The notes under the pieces were generated by a model that did no database searches, was not told the origin of the DNA, and worked only from the letters and a program-made list of their open reading frames with translations. From Macrostomum lignano (taxonomy: Eukaryota), in assembly GCA_002269645.1 (NCBI GenBank), contig NIVC01000300.1, positions 124,001-188,000 of the forward strand: a stretch of 64,000 nt of DNA. Direction: 5' to 3'. This document shows, piece after piece, positions 50,348-63,224 of the stretch. Made by a program: the position numbers and the translations under genes. The first letter of the stretch is position 1. Every line of letters starts with the position of its first letter.

Positions 50348-53300
50348 TTGTCGTAGTCGTCGAGTGTTGGGATTGCACGCTCTGCTACCAATTTGTAGCG
50401 TTAGGTTACCGCTACAAGCTTACGAGTGTAAGTGGCACTTCGAAGATAGCTAGCAAAAGCGGGAGGTTTTTTAGTATATTTTGTCATTGCGTTGGGGGCT
50501 ATTTAGCGCTGGGGCGAACGAATAGTACAGAAGTGTCTATGGGTGAACTAAAGCGATTGGAATATAGAATAAGAAATAATTAGAATAAATGATGAATGCT
50601 TTGGTGCTGCTACACCACTATCCCCTGTCTCTTCTCTTCTCTCTTTTCTATCCTCTCCATTCTCTCTTCTCTCCTCTCCTTGCTCCTTTCATCTTCTCCC
50701 CTCTCTTCTCTAATCTCTAATCTCTTCTCTGTTATGTCCTCACTCATCTCTTCTCATCGCATCTCTCATCCCTCCTCTCCTCACTACTTTCCTCTCTTAA
50801 CTCTCTCATCTCTGATCTTTCATCTCTCTCCTTTCTCCTCTCTCTCTTCTCCTCTCGCTTCTCTCTCCTCTCTCTCTTCTCATCTCTACTACCTTATTTA
50901 TATCTTCTCCCTGGTCTTTCGTCTCTACTCTCTCCTGTCTCCTTCCTCCCCTCTTTTCTGCTCTCTTCTCTCTCCCCTCCTCTCTCATCTCTCATCCTTC
51001 ATCTCACTCTTTCTTTCTCCTCTACTCTCCCCTCTCTTCTATTTCCTCTGTACGCTCTTATCCCTCATCTATTCTCTATCCTATCATCTCTCTTGTCTCC
51101 CTCTGTTATCTCATATCTCCCCTCATCTCCTATCTCCTTTTCTCTTCTCCCTCCTTTGTTCCGGCCTTACTCCCCTCTTCTCTCCCATCTGTTTAGCGGA
51201 ATGGGCGTTCGCGCCTTCCCGCTGTGTCCCCCCGGGACAGCCCTGCAGCTAAGTCTCCCATCTGTCATGTCTAATCTCTCCACTAATTTCTGCTCTGTTT
51301 TCTATCATCTCATCTCTCTTCTCTTTTCATTCTTCTCTTTACTCTCTTCTCTGACTGATTGAAGATGCCAAATTCATCAAGATCCTCTCCGCAAAGCAGT
51401 CCGTGCATCTGAAAACCATCGAAATCCTCTTCTTGAAACTTAAATCCATTTAAATCGTCTCCATAAAACAGAAATCAATCATAAATTATCTCCGCGAAAC
51501 AGAAATACTCTCCGTGAAACTGAACATCATCGAAATCCTCTCCACGAAACAGAAATCCTCTCCGTCAAAATTAAAACATTGAAATCGTCTCCGCTAAACT
51601 GGACTCAATCGAATTTTTTCCGTCAAACAACTCAACTCTCCGGATTCATTGGCTAGGGTTAGGGTTAGGGTTAGAACTACACACAGCTTCGTGTTAAAAG
51701 GCACTGATAAAAATATTGAACTAATTGAATCAATTCATTGCGCAACCGATTTCACAGTCAGTCAGTATCAGTCTCAGTTAAAGTTAACAAAAACATTGCG
51801 CAATCTAAATCAACCCTCCAATACACAGCAGCAGTGAGAAGTTGAACCCTCCCCCCAACTTTATCTATTACGTCTCGCAAAACTGAGTACAATCTTTGCA
51901 AAAAGTTAAAAGTATGGAAATAGTTTTCCAAATGCTGTGCTTTTTCTTTTCATATTTAAAGCAAACAACTTACATCCCCGAACTCAGCGTTGCAAGATCT
52001 TTCCAACAATATAAGTTTCTCCTATCAAAGTTTAAAACTCGAGGAACAGTTAGCGTTTAAAGCTGTCTGATTTATAGCATTGAAGTATCGAGTGTACGTT
52101 AACTGCCTGCTTGCAAGTTGATGCATTGAATTTCAATGTCCAACAAATACACAGGGCTGCCCATTGAAAGGCAGGAAAACTTATCAGTAGCCATATTATT
52201 GCGCAATTATCTATACAGTCAGCCAGTGAGCCAGGGTCCAAGTGTACACACGCAGCCACTGAGAACGCTCCCACCCCCCACTGGAAAGAAAATACACTAC
52301 AGAGATAGGGAAAAGTTGTGGCGCAATCACTAAAAATTCATGCATTTTTCAGCTCCAAGCAGAAAGAGGGGACAATTAAGATTATCAAAGGTCAAGATTC
52401 AAGTTTTCTGCTTTTTTGAGGATCTTAGAAATTAAAATTTCAGAATTAAAATAGCCTATAGCCGACCTCAGATAATTTCCACTCTTCCCATATAAGTTTC
52501 AACGCTGAGTTGGCACTATTCAAGGAGGAGTTGTCGAAATGACAGACAGACATACAGACAGACAAACAACGCGTCAACTTTAGTATATGTAGAGAAGAAG
52601 ATAGATTCGCAAAGCAGCACAAGACTTCGCTGCCATTCCGTCTATTGAAATAAGAAGGCCTTCCGCCTCACTATGTAAGAGGGCCCCCTGTCTCTCTGGT
52701 ATGAATCTGACCAGAGATGCAGCAGTCGATCGGATAAGGTCTAGGTAGACAAATTAACTTAATTTTTAGGGCTGGCTGTGCCTTTTTAGGGGGTGTCAGA
52801 CAGAGGCGCGGCTAAGGGTAGAAAATATTTTATGGCAGACGCAGCGAGGGCTTGGGGGAGGTGGGTCTAGGACTCACGTGACTCACGATCGATAATTGAT
52901 GGCTGTGAAATGTACAGTAAGCGAGACGGCCTGAAGAAGTTCATCAAATTCCACGATAGTATACTGTCTACTTTATCTATCGGTCCTCAGTTCTTATCTC
53001 ACAATCAGTTCTCTTATCTCCGCAACGCAATGCCAGTTTTACGAGCGTAAAAGGAGCCCCCGCCTCTCTAACTTGCACGAATAAAACTTCGTGCAGGAAT
53101 GAAATCTTGCACGCGTGGTCAATCGACAGTGTACAGCGACCCTAACTTTTTATATCGTTAGGCATGTAGACTTCACTGTGCCTTGGTGTGGTTGGGTCTC
53201 AAGGCCGCTAACTGCACAAGCAGAGCCAAGCCGAGAATCCAATTTAGCCCCAAATCAATGCGACTGCACTTGGAATCGAGCCTGGGCCGCTGGCAAATCC

Positions 53301-54304
53301 GAGCGCTGCGCAGACCGCTGGGCTACGGCACTCGCGCTCACACAAAATGCGTCCTTGATCTGTTGAGCATTTTTAGCATTCTTTCATAGAAGTACTTTAG
53401 ACAAACTAAAGTACAAGCAAAGCGAATTCGTTTCCGAAAATTGTCTGCTGGAAAATGAAAGGCTGCAGTAATTGAAAACGATCGATTGTCAATCGCACTG
53501 CTTCACAGGTGAGGATTGGAAATGACGCTTTGAGTCAATATTAAAAATAGTCTGCTCCAGAGATGTGGCGTGAAGCTCCAGTGCCACTGCTTTCATCTGC
53601 ATGCATGAAAATAGCTGGTTGAGCACTTGACTCACTAACGCATTTTACAGGGCATTGGGAACCTTTTGTAGAATAGTGTTAGGAAAGGCAAAGTGAGCAG
53701 ACGTCTGGAGACTGACCCAAACTCCAGCTGCAGCACCCAGCCCTGAGTCCTCTCTAAGATCAAGAACTCTACCTACCAATGTGCCCTCCATGGTCTCCAG
53801 CTTGGATGAGTTGAAATTTTAAAATTGCTTTTTTATTTTTGTGACAAGTTTCCCCAGGAGAGGGCCGGCTTCAGTGATGAACTTCTCCCTAACTACTGCT
53901 GAAAACCAAACTGGAAGAAATTCTTTAGAATCGCAAATTTATTCTGCAATTTCATCATCTCACGTATTGCGAATATTTCTGCTTCGTGAATTAAATAGAA
54001 AAGCCTCTCCTCCAAAACACGGACTACTTATAGCAGTATTGATAGATCCTTTGTCTCATTTTTCCCTTTACGTAACTTCTACATTACAAATGCAGTTTTC
54101 AGGGCGTTTGCAGCTTAAAATAGAGGCTGGATCATTACTCATCTGTTTATAAACTATTTGACAAAATATTTAAGCACTTTTGTATCAGAACACAAAGGTA
54201 ACTTCTAGTGGTCCTTGAAATAATAATATTTTGAAGTTCATTCGGACTCTTGTGGATATAATTACGCCCTACATGTAAGAAGGTCCATGTAAAGTGAGTG
54301 AGTC

Positions 54305-55810
<1,506 letters not shown>

Positions 55811-56169
55811 TTAGCTACTTAGTTTTAGTATTCTTGAGAGTTATCTTCATTATGAACTTTTCCCTCTATTTGCGCTTGTAATATTCTTTCAAGCTACTCC
55901 TCGCATTCAGTGAGTAGCTTATAAGGACATGCTTTTTTTGCGAATGAATTGTTTACACAAAGAAAAATTTCGTAGAAAAGAGGAATATTTTAGCCAGGAC
56001 AGTCAATTAATAGCTGTTAATTAATTTTGTTAAAATCGTGTTTTTTATCTGTTGATTGTGCCTTTGATATACTTTTCTTGACCGCTTTATTAAATAAACA
56101 AAAATCTGGAAAAAGAATTTTCAGTAATCTGAAGAGCCTTGCACTGGGATTTTGTAGAATTAATCGGTT

Positions 56170-58119
56170 ATAATAATCTCCTTTGCCTGCCGATTTGCGC
56201 TGGTCGGAGCTCAGATCGGATTGGCACAAGTTGTGCAGGTAGGACACGGCAGAATTTGCAGCACCAATTGTAAACAATGTCGTCGCTCCTTGTGAGACAC
56301 CTCAGCTGGCTTAGCGACCTCTGGCGCTTGCTGGCCAGCGGCTGGGTAGCTGGAAAATATTAGACTGATGAATTTAAATATGTCAATGACTACCAGAGGT
56401 TGATGGGCGAGGATTTTAGGTAAAAGAAGCCCCAAGCTCCCTTCCAGTTCAGATGGGCTGCAGGGTCCATGGTTCAGTTGGCTCCAAGCTCCCTTCCAAT
56501 CCAGATAGGCTGCAGGGTCCATGGTTCAGTTGGCTCCAAGCTCCCTTCCAGTCCAGATAGGCTGCAGGGTCCATGGTTCAGTTGGCTCCAAGCTCCCTTC
56601 CAATCCAGATAGGCTGCAGGGTCCATGGTTCAGTTGGCTCCAAGCTCCCTTCCAGTCCAGATAGGCTGCAGGGTCCATGGTTCAGTAAGCTCGAAGCTCC
56701 CTTCCAGTCCAGGTGGGCTTCAGGGTCCATGGTTCAGTTGGCTCCAAGCTTCCTTCCAGTCCAGGTGGGCTGCAGGTCCATGGTACAGTTGGCTCCAAGC
56801 TTCCTTCCAGTCCAGGTGGGCTTCAGGGTCCATGGTTCAGTAAGCTCCAAGCTCCCTTCCAGTCCAGGTGGGCTGCAGGGTCCATGGTTCAGTAAGCTCC
56901 AAGCTCCCTTCCAGTCCAGATAGGCTGCAGGGTCCATGGTTCAGTAGCCTCCAAGCTCTCTACCAGTCCAGATAGTCTGCGGAGTCTATGATTTAGTAAA
57001 CTCGAAGCTCCCTTCCAGTCCAGGTGGGCTGCAGGTCCATGGTTCAGTTGGCTCCAAGCTTCCTTCCAGTCCAGGTGGGCTGCAGGGTCCATGGTTCAGT
57101 AAGCTCCAAGCTCCCTTCCAGTCCAGGTGAACTGCAGGTCCATGGTTCAGTTGGCTCGAAGCTCCCTTCCAGTCCAGGTGGGCTGCAGGGTCCATGGTTC
57201 AGTAAGCTCCAAGCTCCCTTCCAGTCCAGGTGGGCTGCAGGGTCCATGGTTCAGTTGGCTCGAAGCTCCCTTCCAGTCCAGGTGGGCTGCAGGGTCCATG
57301 GTTCAGTAAGCTCCAAGCTCCCTTCCAGTCCAGGTGGGCTGCAGGTCCATGGTTCAGTTGGCTCCAAGCTTCCTTCCAGTCCAGGTGGGCTGCAGGGTCC
57401 TTGGTTCAGTAAGCTCCAAGCTCCCTTCCAGTCCAGGTGGGCTGCAGGGTCCATGGTTCAGTTGGCTCCAAGCTCCCTTCCAGTCCAGGTGGGCTGCAGG
57501 GTCCATGGTTCAGTAAGCTCCAAGCTCCCTTCCAGTCCAGGTGGGCTGCAGGGTCCATGGTTCAGTAAGCTCGAAGCTCCCTTCCAGTCCAGGTGGGCTG
57601 CAGGGTCCTTGGTTCAGTAAGCTCCAAGCTCCCTTCCAGTCCAGGTGGGCTGCAGGGTCCATGGTTCAGTTGGCTCCAAGCTCCCTTCCAGTCCAGGTGG
57701 GCTGCAGGGTCCATGGTTCAGTAAGCTCCAAGCTCCCTTCCAGTCCAGGTGAACTGCAGGTCCATGGTTCAGTAAGCTCCAAGCTCCCTTCCAGTCCAGA
57801 TAGGCTGCAGGGTCCATGGTTCAGTAGCCTCCAAGCTCTCTACCAGTCCAGATAGTCTGCGGAGTCTATGATTTAGTAAACTCGAAGCTCCCTTCCAGTC
57901 CAGGAGGGCTGCAGGGTCCATGGTTCAGTAGCTCTTAACTGATCCCTTCCAGTCCAGGTCGGCTGCAGGGTCCATGGCTAACTCACTCAGCCGCCGCAAC
58001 GCCGTCCCTCGCTTGTCTTCGTACAGGCCGGCGGTGCTGTCGTAGACGCCGCCCCAGTCGGCGCAGGCGGCGGTCACCTCCTCGATCAGGCGGAGGCCGC
58101 ACTCGGTCAGCCAGCGGGC
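56170..58119 (-). pseudogene. Insulin-like peptide paralog 2, damaged; B-chain exon 58119-57987, A-chain exon from 56349
   Basis: ARWLTECGLRLIEEVTAACADWGGVYDSTAGLYEDKR | TTQPLASKRQRSLSQLRCLTRSDDIVYNWCCKFCRV[frameshift]SYLHNLC. Intron phases match paralog 1. No signal-peptide exon was found. Confidence 0.8.
56430..57975. repeat. 52-bp minisatellite filling intron 2 of ILP paralog 2
   Basis: gctccaagctcccttccagtccaggtgggctgcagggtccatggttcagt(tg/aa). Confidence 0.95.
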
Positions 58120-58127
58120 CTGCGAGT

Positions 58128-58572
58128 ATGTGTGACTCAGCAGCCATAGCATGTGTGACTCAGCAGCCATAGCATGTGTGACTCAGCAGCCATAGCATGT
58201 GTGACTCAGCAGCCATAGCATGTGTGACTCAGCAGCCATAGCATGTGTGACTCAGCAGCCATAGCATGTGTGACTCAGCAGCCATAGCATGTGTGACTCA
58301 GCAGCCATAGCATGTGTGACTCAGCAGCCATAGCATGTGTGACTCAGCAGCCATAGCATGTGTGACTCAGCAGCCATAGCATGTGTGACTCAGCAGCCAT
58401 AGCATGTGTGACTCAGCAGCCATAGCATGTGTGACTCAGCAGCCATAGCATGTGTGACTCAGCAGCCATAGCATGTGTGACTCAGCAGCCATAGCATGTG
58501 TGACTCAGCAGCCATAGCATGTGTGACTCAGCAGCCATAGCATGTGTGACTCAGCAGCCATAGCATGTGACT
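58128..58572. repeat. 23-bp minisatellite, ~19 copies, each containing TGACTCA
   Basis: atgtgtgactcagcagccatagc. Confidence 0.95.
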
Positions 58573-58810
58573 CACAGGATCGCTAGCCGATTGGCTGTCT
58601 CGACTGATTGGCTGGCCTCAGAACCCGCGCGAGTTTGCAATTTTACGCAATAAGCTCACAATGCCGCATCTTCCGAACTTCTGAAGTTTCTCAACTATAG
58701 TTTATGGCGAAACCCCATTTTTAGTATATGGATTTGCGAAATCTGTTTTAAAATCTTAAGTCTGTATTTAGAGCGTTGTAATCTATCTGAAGTAATATAC
58801 TAGATTTGTG

Positions 58811-59360
58811 CAGCCCATTTGGGCTTACGCGCACCTCCATTAGCAACTGCTTTGGAGGAGTAAGATCAGTCACTATGACCCTATGCTAGGCTGATGAACG
58901 AATGCCATTGGCTTGTGATCGAAGCGCTCGACATAAATGAACACCCAAATGACATTGTAAGGTTGTAAGATTGTTGAATATAAAAGAAAAGATGGTTAAC
59001 AGCATCCATCGGCGCGTTGAAACCACTGCCGGCAGAGGTCGCCTACGAAAGGGTGGCAATCGCCAAGGCAAGTTGGTCGAGAGCCTCAGCCCCAGGTCGA
59101 ACCCTTTGGTGACGGAGCAGAAAATGCAGCAAAGTTGAAGGAACAGTTCTGATTGGTTATCAGATTTTGACTATCAGAAGAGCTCTGGAAAAGGCACTGA
59201 AAATTGTTGGTAGAGACGCTGACAGTTTGCCGAATGACTGACGAGGGTTTGGACCAAATTAAGTGCCGCTGTGCCAGCCTTGCTACCATAGACAAAAGCT
59301 CCACTGCACTGGCAAGCGTGTCTTGGATTGAATTAAATGCATGTAAGCCCAAATGGCCTG
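58811..59360 (-). mobile_element. ~550-bp non-autonomous TIR element (copy 2)
   Basis: Ends cagcccatttgggcttac and gtaagcccaaatggcctg are inverted repeats, and the interior matches 32995-34640. No TSD was recognised. Confidence 0.7.
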
Positions 59361-59639
59361 AAAAGGCCATATTTAATTTTACAGATTTTTCCCAACGAGC
59401 TTGTGAAACATCCTTCGACGAAACGCTACGCGCAGATGCAGTGGGAAACACAGAGCTAAAATGTCCGTACGCCAAAAGAGCCATGATTTTGAGAGTTATT
59501 TGGGAAACTTTTTGGTCGCAGAACTCTCTGCGTTCGATTTTAATGAATTTTTATTCATGTTAATATCGTATTGGTGGCAAGTTTGTCAAATTCATTCGAG
59601 CTTTGTCACTCCGGATCAGAGAGGCAGCTCAACTCGGAC

Positions 59640-60211
59640 TCAGACGGGCTCAGGCAGGGCGCAGAACTGCTGCAGGTAGGAGACGCGGCACCAGCGGCAG
59701 CAGCACTGGTTCACCACGTCGTTGCTCTTGTTGAGCCGGCAGCCAAGGTCGAAGATGCTCGGCACGCTGCTCCTCTTGCTGGCGGCGACGCCTGCGGGCA
59801 GCGAGACGGGGCGAGTTTGCAACGGGTTTGCTGCTGGGGATTCCCTATTGGGAAGAGAGAGGAGAAAATGCACTGGGCGAGCTTGCAGCAAGACACGCAC
59901 GGTCCAGCAGTGCCGCGGTGGCCAGTCTCTGCCGGCGCCGGCTCACGAGCTGCCCGTAGATGCCGCTGGTGCTGTCGTAGACCCCGCCTCGGTCAGCGCA
60001 GGCGTTCCGGAGCTCCTGCACCAGACGCTCGCCGCACTCGTTGATTGACTCATTCTGCGAATCAGGTTGCGAGGCCGGTTGGCGAGTGGCTGCACGGAAG
60101 CGAGTCCTGGCATGGGAGATTCAGGAGAGAGGGACTTACCGGATCCTTGTAGGCCGCGCAGGAGGCGGTGAGGCAGGCAAAAGCCAGGGCGGTCAGCGCG
60201 AAGGCGTTCAT
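59640..60211 (-). CDS. Insulin-like peptide precursor 1 (~139 aa); exons 60211-60140, 60054-59901, ~59833-59640
   Basis: Signal MNAFALTALAFACLTASCAA; B chain ECGERLVQELRNAC; RRR and KR sites flank the C-peptide; A chain ...LGCRLNKSNDVVNQCCCRWCRVSYLQQFC (CC-x3-C-x8-C). The exon 3 acceptor is ambiguous between 59833/59830 and 59844. Confidence 0.9.
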
Positions 60212-60294
60212 GTTGGTTTTGTCTCAGGCAACTGCGCGGTTGCTCTCACGGGGCCGGTGTCTCTGGATGCTGTCCGGGACAGCTCAAGCCATCC

Positions 60295-60330
60295 CCCTAT
60301 TTATGCTTTCCGGGCTGCGGCCTCATTGGC
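60295..60330 (-). promoter_or_regulatory. Putative CCAAT and TATA-like core promoter of ILP1
   Basis: Minus strand ggccaatg (~60325) and cataaatag (~60304-60297), ~90 nt upstream of the ATG. Confidence 0.4.
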
Positions 60331-60929
60331 CCCCGCCCCAGCTTCCGGCGCCGCTTTGGCGCTCGACTTTCAAAAGAGTCCCCCACGAAAAAGAGGAGAT
60401 TTTGCCGCGTTTTTGCCGACTCAGTGGCTGCCGGATTTGCTCAATCAATTATTTCGCTCTGCTAGTGCAGTAATTGAATGTAAACAGCAAATTCTGTTTA
60501 AATACAGTGCATGTATGAAGCCTCGGGACTAAAAATAGTTAGTGAGTTTGGCCGCGGTGCCTCCATGTGGATCAGCTCTATGCAGATGCAGACGCTAATC
60601 CTCACCCTATGTGTCAGTCTCCCGCTGACTCAATCTTAATCTCAAAAACCTCAAAAACAGGGGAGTGGCATGCCTTATAGGGGAGAAGAACTGGCTTTAA
60701 ATCCCCTTAATGCATTGATTAGAGACTACGCAAATCCCAATGACATTCAAGCGGCACCCGGTAGGGTAACACTCAGTTCTCTGTAGAGTACTCAGAGCTG
60801 CCATATCAGAGTCTCAGAGGCCCTCAGATCACGCCGCAAAGAACACCCCCCGCCCAAAAAAACAAAAGAAGGAAGCCATCAAGACGCGCCGGTGTCCATC
60901 AATAAACAGTGATGCTTACCAAGACACAA

Positions 60930-62715
60930 TGGAGCCCACGATGAGACAGAGGCGGCACTTTCTAGGAAACAGGGACAGGGGCGCCATCCCAGAGACAGTG
61001 GCGCCACCCCAGAAACAGGGGCGCCACCCCAGAGACAGAGGCGGCACCCAAGAGAAAGGGGCACCACCCAAGAGACAGGGGCGCCACCCCAGAGACAGGG
61101 GCGCCACCCCAGAGACAGAGGCGGCACCCAAGAGACAGAGGCGCCACCCAAGAGACAGGGGCGCCACCCAAGAGACAGGGGCGCCACCCAAGAGACAGGG
61201 GCGGCACCCCAGAGACAGAGGCGCCACCCAAGAGACAGGAGCGCCACCCAAGAGACAGAGGCGCCACCCAAGAGACAGGGGCGCCACCCAAGAGACAGGG
61301 GCGCCACCCCAGAAACAGAGGCGCCACCCAAGAGACAGGAGCGCAATAAACAGGGAAGCGCCAGACAGAAGTGCCCTCGCCAAAAAGACAGGGGCCTCCA
61401 CCCAAGAGGCAGGGGCGCCACCCAAGAGACAGGGGCGCCACCCAAGAGACAGGGGCGCCACCCAAGAGACAGGGGCGCCATCCAAGAGACAGGGGCGGCA
61501 CCCAAGAGACAGGGGCGCCACCCAAGAGACAGGGGCGCCACCCCAGAAACAGAGGCGCCACCCAAGAGACAGGAGCGCAATAAACAGGGAAGCGCCAGAC
61601 AGAAGTGCCCTCGCCAAAAAGACAGGGGCCTCCACCCAAGAGGCAGGGGCGCCACCCAAGAGACAGGGGCGCCACCCAAGAGACAGGGGCGGCACCCAAG
61701 AGACAGGGGCGCCACCCAAGAGACAGGGGCGCCACCCAAGAGACAGGGGCGCCACCCAGAAACAGAGGCGCCACCCAAGAGACAGGAGCGCAATAAACAG
61801 GGAAGCGCCAGACAGAAGTGCCCTCGCCAAAAAGACAGAGGCCTCCACCCAAGAGGCAGGGGCGCCACCCAAGAGACAGGGGCGCCACCCAAGAGACAGG
61901 GGCGGCACCCAAGAGACAGGGGCGCCACCCAAGAGACAGGGGCGCCACCCAAGAGACAGGGGCGCCACCCCAGAAACAGAGGCGCCACCCAAGAGACAGG
62001 AGCGCAATAAACAGGGAAGCGCCAGACAGAAGTGCCCTCGCCAAAAAGACAGAGGCCTCCACCCAAGAGGCAGGGGCGCCACCCAAGAGACAGGGGCGCC
62101 ACCCAAGAGACAGGGGCGGCACCCAAGAGACAGGGGCGCCACCCAAGAGACAGGGGCGCCACCAAGAGACAGGGGCGCCACCCCAGAAACAGAGGCGCCA
62201 CCCAAGAGACAGGAGCGCAATAAACAGGGAAGCGCCAGACAGAAGTGCCCTCGCCAAAAAGACAGAGGCCTCCACCCAAGAGGCAGGGGCGCCACCCAAG
62301 AGACAGGGGCGCCACCCAAGAGACAGGGGCGCCACCCCAGAAACAGAGGCGCCACCCAAGAGACAGGAGCACAATAAACAGGGAAGCGCCAGACAGAAGT
62401 GCCCTCGCCAAAAAGACAGAGGCCTCCACCCAAGAGGCAGGGGCGCCACCCAAGAGACAGGGGCGCCACCCAAGAGACAGGGGCGCCACCCCAGAAACAG
62501 AGGCGCCACCCAAGAGACAGGAGCGCAATAAACAGGGAAGCGCCAGACAGAAGTGCCCTCGCCAAAAAGACAGAGGCCTCCACCCAAGAGACAGGGGCGC
62601 CACCCCAGAAACAGAGGCGCCACCCAAGAGACAGGAGCGCAATAAACAGGGGAGCGTCAGACAGAAGTGCCCTCGCCAAAAAGACAGAGGCCTCCACCCA
62701 AGAGGCAGGGGCGTC
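60930..62715. repeat. 20-bp satellite (ccacccaagagacaggggcg) with a higher-order spacer unit
   Basis: Monomer blocks are punctuated by the recurring ggagcgcaataaacagggaagcgccagacagaagtgccctcgccaaaaagac segment. Confidence 0.95.
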
Positions 62716-63224
62716 ACCAAGCCTCAACATCTGTAGAGTAAATGCCTAAGCGCGATAAATTTATTAAATGAAAAAGCATTCATTGTTTTTAATTTTGCTT
62801 TATTGAAAGTTAAATGCGGCGGGGGTTTTCCGCTGCCAACCAGCCGGCCGCCCCTGCAGAAGTTATCCTGCAGGACTTCAACTGTCACACCGGGCCAATT
62901 CTGTTTGCCAAACCGCCCACGCATTCATCTGCCCGACTGTGCCCGCCTAGCAACAGAAAGAGCTCGGGGATCTCAGGTATCAAAGACTGCAGAAGTAGGC
63001 CTGCTTTTTTCGCGCCAATTTTCAAGCTGTGAATCTGCAAAACTTACTGGCGCTTTTTTGCGCCGCTTTCGCTTTGAGTCTCGCCTGACGGAACCCGACG
63101 CTTCCTGGCTATAAAGCGATTCTTTGTTGCAAAAAAGCGAAAATGAAAGTCGCTTCATGCCCGTGAAAAGTCCTTTTGCCTTTTGCTGTTTGCCTCAATG
63201 TGTTCTAGTTAATGTCCAAGTATA

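Larger units (their letters stand above)
46019..50614 (-). mobile_element. Full-length, recent Ty3/gypsy LTR retrotransposon (CsRn1-like), 4.6 kb
   Basis: 221-bp LTRs at 46019-46239 and 50394-50614 differ by one base and have TGTAGC...GCTACA ends. CCAC TSD at 46015-46018 and 50615-50618. PBS TGGTAGCAGAGC (initiator-Met-like) at 50390-50379. PPT near 46247-46257. Inserted in a CT-rich tract. Confidence 0.95.

Noticed and set aside
58568-58700. Signal-peptide exon for ILP2
   Set aside because: The donor context fits, but there is an in-frame TGA and no hydrophobic core.
60879-62749. ORFs of 480-613 aa on both strands
   Set aside because: Artefacts of the 20-bp satellite.
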